From positions 1 to 64,000 of the IMG/VR virus record IMGVR_UViG_3300017746_000001: 64,000 nucleotides of DNA; one strand, given 5' to 3'. Positions 18,992 through 27,440 of the stretch are shown here, in pieces (position 1 is the stretch's first letter; each line of letters starts with the position of its first letter). This DNA comes from a virus. Below the pieces are notes generated by a model. That model was not told the origin of the DNA and did no database searches. It saw only the letters and a program-made list of their open reading frames with translations. Made by a program: the position numbers and the translations under genes.

Positions 18992-19279
18992 TCAACTCCC
19001 GATGACATGCAATTTCTGGCTCGACGAGCCACTAATTGCATACACCAGGTTCGAATTCGAAATCTTGAGCGTCTGCGAGGCCCCTGCTGCGAGAGGGAAA
19101 CCGTTGCCCGTAGTAACTGAGGAAGAGTTGCCTAAGAAAATGATTGCAGAATTGTTTGCATCTGCTAGAATTGTCAATGAGTCTGCAGGAGCAGAAGAAG
19201 TTAATGCTGCTGCAGATGTTCCAACAGTTGATTGAAACTGAATTACTGCGTCAGGCAAACCTCCGAATACTCCACTCAT
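18992..19279 (-). CDS. Small beta-rich virion protein (putative spike/vertex adaptor)
   Basis: ADxxN...FLGN...GFPL..G...K.S.S.LVY..S...Q..HVIGS is shared with the N-terminus of 6130-7476. Confidence 0.75.
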   Translation of the reverse strand: MSGVFGGLPDAVIQFQSTVGTSAAALTSSAPADSLTILADANNSAIIFLGNSSSVTTGNGFPLAAGASQTLKISNSNLVYAISGSSSQKLHVIGS

Positions 19280-19285
19280 TTTTTA

Positions 19286-19879
19286 TCACCTCAGTACCTT
19301 TTTTTGGTATCTAACTACTTCGATAAAGTCTATGCTCAAGTTTTGCGAAGCATCTGTGTTAGATATGATTAGTCTTATTCTTTCTTTGTGAGGGTGTTGG
19401 TCGCTACCTCTGAACAAAGCGACCTTTTCATCCGTCTTATCGACAGTCAAGTGGAACATACCTGGAAGGTCTGATGGAAGGTTTAGATCTGTTAATGTGT
19501 CTAGCGTTAGATTCTTGACCCCCGAATCTATTCCGCCTTGTGCGTAGTTATCTAATTGTAAGAATATTGCTAGTTTTCCTGCACTTGCTGTTGAACCTGT
19601 GCTTGCCTTGATTAGAACATAATTTACTTGTCCTTGTTCTCTTTCATCGATTATCGTCAATGATTGCCCAGGAGTAAGGGTCTTATTGTCTATTCTTGTA
19701 GTAATATATCGATTTGAAGTATTATCAGCAGGAGTTTCCTTTGTTGCTAGACCTTGCGCACGCAGTCCTTCGGACGGAAGCCCAGGGAATGCAATAATAT
19801 CGGGTTCTCCAGGTTCTCCGATAATATCTGTGTAGCCATCTGGACCGACTTCAATCCATTCGCCACTCAACAAAACCAC
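19286..19879 (-). CDS. Putative penton/minor capsid beta-sandwich protein
   Basis: Alternating beta-strand pattern; lies between the capsid candidates and the spike genes. Confidence 0.45.
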   Translation of the reverse strand: MVLLSGEWIEVGPDGYTDIIGEPGEPDIIAFPGLPSEGLRAQGLATKETPADNTSNRYITTRIDNKTLTPGQSLTIIDEREQGQVNYVLIKASTGSTASAGKLAIFLQLDNYAQGGIDSGVKNLTLDTLTDLNLPSDLPGMFHLTVDKTDEKVALFRGSDQHPHKERIRLIISNTDASQNLSIDFIEVVRYQKKVLR

Positions 19880-19916
19880 CCCTTAAGAGGACAATACCCA
19901 CAATTCCCGTCACACA

Positions 19917-21278
19917 TCAGTTGTACCCCCTATGATTGTTTCTTGGGTCGGCCCCTTGCTCCGAGTTGCGTGAGCCAGTCGTGCCGTATAGAATGTTCCG
20001 AGTTTGAGAGGAGGTTTGCTCCGTCATTCTCTTGTAATCTTCGTAGGATAATTTTTGACCTCTGTTCTTCTGAACGAGTTCTCTCCAACCAATAGAAGGT
20101 GCGCTTTTGCTATCGCCCATCAGGTTGCTCTTTGTGAAGGCCGTTGGTATTATCTCGTATTTGAAGCGGCCAGACCTTCTGATCATTTCTCTTACTTCTC
20201 TTTCTGGAACAGGCCTTACTGAATATTTCCACCCGACCATAATTAGATATGGTGCTATCAATGGAGCGTTTGTGTGCCTATTCATAATTTGAAATTCGGG
20301 ACTTGTCTCCTCCCCAGCACCTATCCACAGGTCAAAGTGAGGGTTCAAGTCGGATTCGGAGCTTGAGTGAACTTCTATCATGCCGCTTTTCCCTTGAAGG
20401 ATTTTGTCAGAAGATATGTTCATTGAATTTACTTCGTCAGCAGCGAATCTGATAACTCCTTGGGGCTGAAAAACCCTCAAAGAAGGACCGATGACACCCA
20501 CCATTGTAGGTTTTGCTCCTGTTCCTATCTCATCCCCATCTACGGATTTGTTCGATACTGCAACTACCGAAGTTTGATCTTCGTATTCATGGGCTTGTAA
20601 CGAAGTTACGCTTCCCGCCCTACTAATCAGAGTAGGGTGTTCTGAAACCCCTATTGAAACATGATAAATTGGAGAGTCCGTACTTGTCCCTTTTGGTGTG
20701 GGTTCAAGAATATCGACTCCTTGTGGGTCTAATACTATAGCACCATTAGATGTAGATGCCGCAGGTAGTCTGAGAAGTGTCGCTTCATCCCCTACTGTTA
20801 TTCGGTCAGTCACGATTGTCTCAGCCGTTGTAATAACTGAGCCAGTTGCAGAGCCAAGATTCCCACCTGCTAGTGATTGAACCGTGACGAATTGGTTCTC
20901 TTGTCTGTATGCCTGCGCACCCAACAAGAGCGTATCTCCCACCGCAGGTGTGATAGAAGCGAGATTTGAGGCTTGGCTGTTAGTCCCTAGTTGGTTGGTG
21001 TCATTCAACTTGACTGTTACCGCAGATGAAGATACTGCAGAAATTGTGCAAGGTATTCCAAAGAAATGTCTTATTGATATTGGTTCGGCAGATACGACTC
21101 TGTGCAAACCACCATCTAACATCACAAGTTTGCCTGTAGCATACTTTCTGTCTAAGTAATTTCCCGATTGAGGCGATATTCTTCCCAAGTGTGGCCCACG
21201 AAGAACTTCGTTTGCTGCTCGAACATGCCCAGGCATCTGCTTGGACTTAGTTCCCAATTGTGCTGGAGTTAGTGACAA
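19917..21278 (-). CDS. Putative capsid protein, large paralog
   Basis: C-terminal region aligns by eye with 21291-22019 (QPQGVIRFAADE vs HPAGVARWSADE; NPHFDLWI vs NPNFAIWI; LIMVGWK vs IHLVGFK). Confidence 0.5.
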   Translation of the reverse strand: MSLTPAQLGTKSKQMPGHVRAANEVLRGPHLGRISPQSGNYLDRKYATGKLVMLDGGLHRVVSAEPISIRHFFGIPCTISAVSSSAVTVKLNDTNQLGTNSQASNLASITPAVGDTLLLGAQAYRQENQFVTVQSLAGGNLGSATGSVITTAETIVTDRITVGDEATLLRLPAASTSNGAIVLDPQGVDILEPTPKGTSTDSPIYHVSIGVSEHPTLISRAGSVTSLQAHEYEDQTSVVAVSNKSVDGDEIGTGAKPTMVGVIGPSLRVFQPQGVIRFAADEVNSMNISSDKILQGKSGMIEVHSSSESDLNPHFDLWIGAGEETSPEFQIMNRHTNAPLIAPYLIMVGWKYSVRPVPEREVREMIRRSGRFKYEIIPTAFTKSNLMGDSKSAPSIGWRELVQKNRGQKLSYEDYKRMTEQTSSQTRNILYGTTGSRNSEQGADPRNNHRGYN

Positions 21279-21290
21279 TTAGTTTCCCCC

Positions 21291-22019
21291 CTAAATCATG
21301 TTAGGGGAGCCACCTAGTTCAGCCGTTATAGCACCTGCATAGGGTAAGCCCTGTGGCACTATTAGCTTGTAAACGAGCCTTCCACCATTTATTCTTCTGG
21401 CCTCTTCTATGTCTGACTCTGCCATAGGGCTTAATCGAGCCTTAAAACCGACCAGGTGAATGACTGGATAATAAAGTGCCTCACCTGTGTCATTTAAAAA
21501 TCTAAAATTAGGTAGCATAGACTCAGATGACTCGATCCATATTGCGAAGTTTGGATTCGGGTCATCAATTGGGCTAGTGTTCACATCAATGAAACCTGTC
21601 TTATCATTTTCAGGCGCTTCATCGGCACTCCAACGGGCTACGCCTGCTGGATGCTTCAAAAATACCTTACCAGATATGTCTCCAACTTTAGTTCTAGCAG
21701 CGCCACCAATCGATTGTGTCGATGTAACGGTGACTACTGTAGCGTCGTTGGGGAATCCCACGCCATCATATGTACCTGTTCTTGATATGAACTTAGGTTG
21801 TCTGTATAGACATGGGACAAGACAGTATAGGTGATTTCTAAACGGTTCGAGGTCTTCATCCTCGAAGTAGCCGCTATCATAGGCATCACTTACTTCTGTT
21901 CCATTCGTGTTTCCTTGTGCGGTTACTACTAGATCGTAGGTAAGTCCTTCTACGCTGTCTACTGCGTAAAACTTACCACGGAGCTTGATAATAAAACCAG
22001 GCTTCAAGGTGTTTTCCAT
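21291..22019 (-). CDS. Putative capsid protein, small paralog
   Basis: Beta-rich; paralogous to the downstream 453-aa ORF. Confidence 0.5.
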   Translation of the reverse strand: MENTLKPGFIIKLRGKFYAVDSVEGLTYDLVVTAQGNTNGTEVSDAYDSGYFEDEDLEPFRNHLYCLVPCLYRQPKFISRTGTYDGVGFPNDATVVTVTSTQSIGGAARTKVGDISGKVFLKHPAGVARWSADEAPENDKTGFIDVNTSPIDDPNPNFAIWIESSESMLPNFRFLNDTGEALYYPVIHLVGFKARLSPMAESDIEEARRINGGRLVYKLIVPQGLPYAGAITAELGGSPNMI

Positions 22020-22117
22020 GGGGTTGTACCCCCTTACTGTCGGGCTTCTTCCAAAATTTACTCTTGCTATTTTCTCACTTCCTTTTGTTTATGTAATTAT
22101 AGGTGTTTGATTGTGTT

Positions 22118-22429
22118 TTAGCCAAGGGCTTCTTTTTTCATCGCTTTTGCGCTGTCTGTGAAAGCCTTGGCATATTCTCCTCTCTTCATTGCTGAATCGA
22201 ATTTATCTCTTGCTTTAGGGAATAATCTGGTTGCAACATAGTATGCTAGCATTGTTGTTCCAATACCTGCAAGGTATGAGCCTGCGTCTGGATCAACGAA
22301 TGGCGAATTGTTATTCGGGGCTTCTGCCCCTAATCCACCATGCCACTTGACTGCTCCGCCTCGAGTTCTAGGAGTAACTGTACCCCCAATCCCACCACCG
22401 AAGAAGTTGTTGTTCACCATCTTATTCAC
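22118..22429 (-). CDS. Small membrane protein with GG/LG motifs
   Basis: NNFFGGGIGG and HGGLGAE precede a TM segment. Confidence 0.7.
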   Translation of the reverse strand: MNKMVNNNFFGGGIGGTVTPRTRGGAVKWHGGLGAEAPNNNSPFVDPDAGSYLAGIGTTMLAYYVATRLFPKARDKFDSAMKRGEYAKAFTDSAKAMKKEALG

Positions 22430-22788
22430 CTATTCATGTAAAGATATGCAGCACCGCAACAAATTGCTCCCAATAGGGGAACCGTCGGTACAGCACCGAA
22501 GAAAGGAATGTTAGTAGTTGTTCCTCGCCCAAACGCAATCGAGTTGATTGCCTTCAATGGCGAATTGTTATTCGACGCTTGATTGACTGGTGCCTGAGCT
22601 ACTTGCTCTGTTGCGCCAAAAGCGTGATTCTCATGCATACCCATGTAGCCTGAACGGCCACCAGGATAACCAAGAGATCCGAATCCGTGACTCATGTTGC
22701 CAGAAAACATCTCATTACCCATTTGGCCTGTACGGCCACCAGGATAACCAAGTCCTCCTCTGATACCATCCATGATAGTCACATCCAC
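22426..22788 (-). CDS. Small membrane protein with duplicated LGYPGGR motif
   Basis: GGLGYPGGR and GSLGYPGGR; C-terminal TM. Confidence 0.7.
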   Translation of the reverse strand: MDVTIMDGIRGGLGYPGGRTGQMGNEMFSGNMSHGFGSLGYPGGRSGYMGMHENHAFGATEQVAQAPVNQASNNNSPLKAINSIAFGRGTTTNIPFFGAVPTVPLLGAICCGAAYLYMNR

Positions 22789-22847
22789 ATAAACAACCTG
22801 AGCCCCCCTAGATCCCGAAGAACCTAGAGAGATTCAAGTTGATACGC

Positions 22848-23339
22848 TTAGAGGTTGCTCCTAGCGTTTGCGTAAACGATTAATCGGTATGTGTCTGTTC
22901 CACTTACCGGAGTAACGGCTGAACCGTCATCTGGGTCGTGCATAGATACTAGGAGACTTACTGTGCCTCCATCGACTGATTTAACAGATACCGAACCTGC
23001 TGTGTCATATACTGCGCCACCGCCGTCGTCCCAGGCAATGCTGCCATAAGCTCCGACAATGTCTATGTCATCCTTGTTGTCTCCAGATCCGAAGACAACT
23101 GATACTGGGCTGCCTGCAGCCGCCACAGTTCCTAGAGTGACTGAACCTGCACCGTACACGACTGAAAATCCAGTCGTAGCACCTGCATTGGCTGTTGTCG
23201 CCCCTTCACCGTTGATGAAGAGTGCATCGCCGTTGGTCCACTTACCAGTTACATGCAGCAGGTGTAGGGCGGGCTTGGAACCAGTAGCTAGTTCGTAGCC
23301 ACCGATTGCGCTTTGTGCTAGAGTTCCTTGGTCTCCCAT
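22848..23339 (-). CDS. Beta-rich virion protein
   Basis: GAGGTGA RBS; Gly/Ala/Thr/Val-rich; in the structural cluster. Confidence 0.65.
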   Translation of the reverse strand: MGDQGTLAQSAIGGYELATGSKPALHLLHVTGKWTNGDALFINGEGATTANAGATTGFSVVYGAGSVTLGTVAAAGSPVSVVFGSGDNKDDIDIVGAYGSIAWDDGGGAVYDTAGSVSVKSVDGGTVSLLVSMHDPDDGSAVTPVSGTDTYRLIVYANARSNL

Positions 23340-23376
23340 TTCCTCTCACCTCACTCCTGACTGATCCCAAAAGGGC

Positions 23377-23973
23377 TCAGTTTAGTTCCCCACTAGATGT
23401 AGTTTGTTGAATTAATTCGTGATGTTGACCCACAACACAACCCACAACACGGATTTTCTCTGCTGAGAGAGCCGTAGATGCCTGGCGTGTTCTTACATCC
23501 CATGCAATTGTTTTCTCTGGTTCGACCACAAGTGGTTCCGTATAGAACACAAGTGGTTCCTCAAGAACGCTCATTATTGAATTTTCCACCACAGGGGTAG
23601 TAATTCCAGCGATTGACCATTGTGTTTCAACAATATTTAGCGGATTTACAGCGTACTGTAAACCTTGCATCATCACATATAGTTCCTCAAGGGTTTTGAA
23701 GTCCAGAGCTTTGCTTATCCATCCTGTGGATGCGCTCGTCTTACTTCCGGTGGTCCCAATGGCTGTGTTTGGAATTTGCCAAACACCTTGGGTGTCTAAA
23801 ATACTAAAGTGATCTGCACGCAGTCCACCTGTACCATATTCACCCTTTGCCCATATACCGCGGTTTTTTCCGCCCCAGTTAGGGTAGGCATAGGCAATGA
23901 AGCCATTGATCTGATCGAGGTAATCCGCGATCAGAGCAGCAGGTCTGTCAAAATATACTTTAAACATACTCAT
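23377..23973 (-). CDS. Candidate single-jelly-roll major capsid protein
   Basis: 198 aa and beta-rich (EPLVVEPEKTIAWDV, IRVVGCVVG). First gene of the structural operon with a strong RBS. The fold is inferred. Confidence 0.45.
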   Translation of the reverse strand: MSMFKVYFDRPAALIADYLDQINGFIAYAYPNWGGKNRGIWAKGEYGTGGLRADHFSILDTQGVWQIPNTAIGTTGSKTSASTGWISKALDFKTLEELYVMMQGLQYAVNPLNIVETQWSIAGITTPVVENSIMSVLEEPLVFYTEPLVVEPEKTIAWDVRTRQASTALSAEKIRVVGCVVGQHHELIQQTTSSGELN

Positions 23974-24048
23974 TTTTTTTTCATCTCCATTTTTTTAGGT
24001 GCGCCCTTCGACGCTGACCTTTCCTCTGACCATTTAGATATAAGGTGC

Positions 24049-24098
24049 GGTAGCCTCTCGTAGCATGGCGTAGTCCTCTCGTAGTCCTCTCGTAGTCC
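24049..24098. repeat. GTAGTCCTCTC direct repeats in a divergent promoter region
   Basis: GTAG-CCTCTC, GTAGTCCTCTC twice and GTAGTCC lie between the capsid operon and the RHH gene. Confidence 0.7.
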
Positions 24099-24142
24099 AT
24101 TGTTCCGAAGAGGTCAAAGGACAACCGCGCCTGAGAGTAATT

Positions 24143-24364
24143 GTGTCTAAGAAGGATCCGAAGGAACACATGATTCGAATACGGTTGAGTGGCGATGATT
24201 ATACCGATTTGAAATTTGTTGCTGAAGCTCTACAAATACCATTGTCCACTTGTTTTCGTATGCATGGCTTAAATGGGTTAAGAGAGAAAAAGAACGATTT
24301 AATGACAGACAACAGTAGACGACAGAGACACCAGGAAATGTTGAGGCAACAACTGGGGGAGTGA
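24143..24364 (+). CDS. Ribbon-helix-helix-type regulator
   Basis: IRIRLSxDDYxDLKxVAExLxIPLSTxFR. Confidence 0.65.
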   Translation: MSKKDPKEHMIRIRLSGDDYTDLKFVAEALQIPLSTCFRMHGLNGLREKKNDLMTDNSRRQRHQEMLRQQLGE

Positions 24365-24368
24365 TAAA

Positions 24369-24806
24369 ATGGAACTTCGGGGTAAGAAATGTCAGACCTG
24401 TGGACACATTACAGGGACAATGAACACTCAATGCGAAGAGTGCGATGGAATAGATCTAATTGATTATGTTCAGGAGATAGAACCAGGAGAGAGGGCTTTC
24501 TGGGGCGTTACAATAAGTAAGCCGATTGAAACTACAAAACAGGCATGGCAGTTTGAAGAAACAGTTCTGGCTAGTTCACTAAAATGGAGAGATTTCTATG
24601 ACGGCCATGCTGTCGAGGTAAGAGCTACTGTAGGAGAAGGAATAGAAGTCTCAATTATAGAGATGCATTGGTACTTCGAACAAAGTGATGCTCACTCTTC
24701 CGTAGATCTTCAAACACATTTTATTGGAATGAGACCAGGGCTGATGAGTGAAGCAGTAATTTCTGTCGAATTTTATGATGAGTTGATTATTGAGGATGTA
24801 GAGTAG
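24369..24806 (+). CDS. Zn-ribbon-containing protein
   Basis: N-terminal CQTC...CEEC; GGAGTGA RBS. Confidence 0.7.
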   Translation: MELRGKKCQTCGHITGTMNTQCEECDGIDLIDYVQEIEPGERAFWGVTISKPIETTKQAWQFEETVLASSLKWRDFYDGHAVEVRATVGEGIEVSIIEMHWYFEQSDAHSSVDLQTHFIGMRPGLMSEAVISVEFYDELIIEDVE

Positions 24807-24901
24807 TATGTGCGGGGTAATTCCTGTAAAGTGTCCTAATTACACTCATTGTCAAAGGTGGATAATTGCAAAGGGTTGCCCCCTTTGCGACAGATTGTAA
24901 A

Positions 24902-24991
24902 TTAACCTAATATTGGAGATACGCTCATCACCGTAAGAGCGAAAGATGCGTAAAACCCTATGAGTATTGCTAGTATGTGTCCTGAGTTCAT
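24902..24991 (-). CDS. Possible 29-aa single-TM micropeptide
   Basis: MNSGHILAILIGFYASFALTVMSVSPILG, translated manually. Confidence 0.3.
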   Translation of the reverse strand: MNSGHILAILIGFYASFALTVMSVSPILG

Positions 24992-25087
24992 TAGCCTAGT
25001 GTGTAATGATTGATTAATCAATGTGTGTTTAATAGACTTACAGGGTATTGAAATCCCTGCATCATCAGATATAGTTCTTCGAAGGTG

Positions 25088-25181
25088 CGAGAGAGTAGTC
25101 CGGTTGCAACAAACGACTGAAAGAAATACAGGCTAGAGGTGAACTACTCCCTCGGCTTTGGAAAAAATTCCCCTAGCTTGT
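25088..25181. ncRNA. Candidate pseudoknotted RNA element
   Basis: Interleaved complementary segments 25088-25099/25143-25154 and 25128-25139/25170-25181, plus a hairpin at 25101-25119. Confidence 0.35.
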
Positions 25182-25210
25182 GAGAGTATCATATTGTCAC
25201 CTGTTTTGGT

Positions 25211-25717
25211 TTACATTTGTATGGTGCTTACTTTATTCGCTAAATTATTCAGCAAATCGGGCTCATTAGAAGCCCTAGCGTTGTCAAGTAGCATAGCGTC
25301 TTCCATTGTTGGTTGAACTGCTGCAGACATTGAGCCTTGTGAAAGATATTCAGTCCTCTTGCCTATTTGCCCTACATCTAATTTAGATGCTAACAATGCG
25401 CCTGTGAAAGATACACTTGCGGTTCTTGCTCTGCGGAGCGCCCCTTTCTTCAAGTAGCCCATGTCAATTGCTTCTTTTTGGATCATGTCGGTAGCCAGGA
25501 GAGCCAGTCCTGATGTTAGGATGGCTCCCCCAGTAGTACCGTACACATTCCTAGCATACTTGGAACGGTAAGTGGTTTCGTTCATACCTGCCTGGGCGAC
25601 AAAGTTTGCCGCTTCCATAGCGAGTGCGAAGGCACCTAACCCTGCTGCACAAGTCCCTAGAATAACTCCGTTCTCTTTAGTGAGAACATTTTCTAGGCGC
25701 TTAGGTATTAACTCCAC
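25211..25717 (-). CDS. Membrane protein
   Basis: Two to three hydrophobic Gly/Ala-rich helices. Confidence 0.7.
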   Translation of the reverse strand: MELIPKRLENVLTKENGVILGTCAAGLGAFALAMEAANFVAQAGMNETTYRSKYARNVYGTTGGAILTSGLALLATDMIQKEAIDMGYLKKGALRRARTASVSFTGALLASKLDVGQIGKRTEYLSQGSMSAAVQPTMEDAMLLDNARASNEPDLLNNLANKVSTIQM

Positions 25718-25733
25718 TAGAACAACCCCCTAC

Positions 25734-27140
25734 TCAGAAGAGGTTGACTCTAGTTGAACCTAGGCTCTTTGTTCCAAAGAACTTGTTATTGCTGTGTGCT
25801 GCTGTGTTGTTAGAAGCCATAGCAAGAGCAAGGTTGTTAGTTACATGAGCGCCATGCATCATACCCATGTCGTGGCCTCCAGCCATCAACATGTTGTTAG
25901 AGTGCATACCGAACATATCGTTAGTCAAAGATCCAAGACCGCCACCAGTTCCACTTAGGAATGGGACACTTGGCATACCAAGAGCCGCGTAGTCACCTGC
26001 TGCTAATGCAGAGGCGTTCTGACCGATGCTTAGTGTCTGTAGGTTTCTAATCATGTCTGCGACAATGAATACACCAGCTACACCTGCTCCAGCCTTGACG
26101 AACTTAGTGTCAACTCCGAATCCCTTGCTTGCGACTGTGGAAAGACCAGACAAGAATGCTAGGTCAATAGCGGTGTCTAGTAAGACTCCACCATCTCCAT
26201 TTCCTAATCCACCTGCTGCGCTGATTGCTGGACCTGTGACATTGTTACCAATCATGTCCGATACATACGGAATGTTGTTTCGCATTGCGCCAGTTAGACC
26301 CATCATCATAAATCCAGCGAAGGAAGAGTAAGCAAGACCCTTCATTAAGTTACCAGAATCAGAAATTAGTGCGCCTGGGACTCCCATGAATCCTTCTTGG
26401 ACACCCTTTAGGTTGATTTTGCTTGGAAGGAATCCTAGGAAATCGCTACCCTTTACACTACCAGTTGTGAACTTAGCACTTCTGGATGTGCGGCGCTTTG
26501 CCTTTCTCTTAGTGGTTCGGCGCTTTGTACCAGTAGCTCTGCGAGTTCTCCAGCCTTTCTTTGCTGCTGCTGATCTCTTAGCCTTGGTCATGCGTGTAGT
26601 CTTTCTCTTAGAGGATGTGCGCTTTGCAGCAGTTCTCTTAGTGGACTTTCTGCGTACAGTCTTAGCCTTTCGAGAGCGAGCAGAACGCTTTGCAGCGTTA
26701 GATCTCTTTGTAGCCTTAGCCCTGCGAGTTCTCCAGCCTTTCTTTGCTGCTGCAGATCTCTTAGTCTTGGAAGGTCCTCTCTTTGTAGCCTTTCGTGTAG
26801 AAGCCCTCTTTGTGGACTTCTTTCGAGTTGCTGCTGCCTTCTTGGCTGCAGAAGAACGCTTTGCAGCGTTTCTCTTTCGAGTTGCTGCTGCCTTCTTGGC
26901 TGCGGAAGAACGCTTTGCAGCGTTTCTCTTCCTTGTTGCTGCTGCCTTCTTAGCGGCTGCAGACCTGGAAGCTTTCGTGCCGCCTCTACGGACGGACTTG
27001 CGGGCTGATCTCTTAGTTACTCTCTTTTTTGCGGGCATCTTTTTCACCTTGTTAGTAGTTCTTGGAGGGTTGACTAAAACCAATCTTCCCTCACTCATTG
27101 GATAGTGGGTCTTACCATCAGCATATAACCGGACTGTCAT
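25734..27140 (-). CDS. Histone-H1-like basic protein fused to a membrane-associated domain (putative core/DNA-condensing protein)
   Basis: About 190 aa of K/R/A/S/T repeats (SAAKKAAATRKRNAAKR, KKGWRTRRA), then hydrophobic helices and GGLGS/SLGS motifs. Confidence 0.8.
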   Translation of the reverse strand: MTVRLYADGKTHYPMSEGRLVLVNPPRTTNKVKKMPAKKRVTKRSARKSVRRGGTKASRSAAAKKAAATRKRNAAKRSSAAKKAAATRKRNAAKRSSAAKKAAATRKKSTKRASTRKATKRGPSKTKRSAAAKKGWRTRRAKATKRSNAAKRSARSRKAKTVRRKSTKRTAAKRTSSKRKTTRMTKAKRSAAAKKGWRTRRATGTKRRTTKRKAKRRTSRSAKFTTGSVKGSDFLGFLPSKINLKGVQEGFMGVPGALISDSGNLMKGLAYSSFAGFMMMGLTGAMRNNIPYVSDMIGNNVTGPAISAAGGLGNGDGGVLLDTAIDLAFLSGLSTVASKGFGVDTKFVKAGAGVAGVFIVADMIRNLQTLSIGQNASALAAGDYAALGMPSVPFLSGTGGGLGSLTNDMFGMHSNNMLMAGGHDMGMMHGAHVTNNLALAMASNNTAAHSNNKFFGTKSLGSTRVNLF

Positions 27141-27219
27141 ACTAAGTATCGTTGAAAACTACAATGTCGTCAATTGTCGTGGCGGAATGAATATACGACG
27201 ATGACCCTTCCTACACTAC

Positions 27220-27432
27220 ATGCGCACGAGAGGAAGGGAGAAAAAAGAAAGCAGGGTTTTGTCTTTGAGAATACCCGAAGAATTGTATTTGCGCATCAAA
27301 CAACAGGCTGATGATGAGAATAGAACGGTCAATAACCTACTTATTACATATATTATAGCCGATATTAATTTTTCAACATCAGAACATAAGGCTAAACTCG
27401 AAGGTAAAGACCGTAACCGTAGAAGAAGGTAG
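27220..27432 (+). CDS. Arc/ribbon-helix-helix DNA-binding protein
   Basis: VLSLRIPEELYLRIKQQADDENRTVNNLL. Confidence 0.8.
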   Translation: MRTRGREKKESRVLSLRIPEELYLRIKQQADDENRTVNNLLITYIIADINFSTSEHKAKLEGKDRNRRRR

Positions 27433-27440
27433 GTGGGGTC

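Noticed and set aside
24808-24900. 30-aa Cys-rich micro-ORF (MCGVIPVKCPNYTHC...CPLC)
   Set aside because: Plausible Zn-binding peptide but too short to support without homologs.
26386-27105. 239-aa hydrophobic plus-strand ORF
   Set aside because: Antisense mirror of the Lys/Arg/Ala repeats in the H1-like gene.
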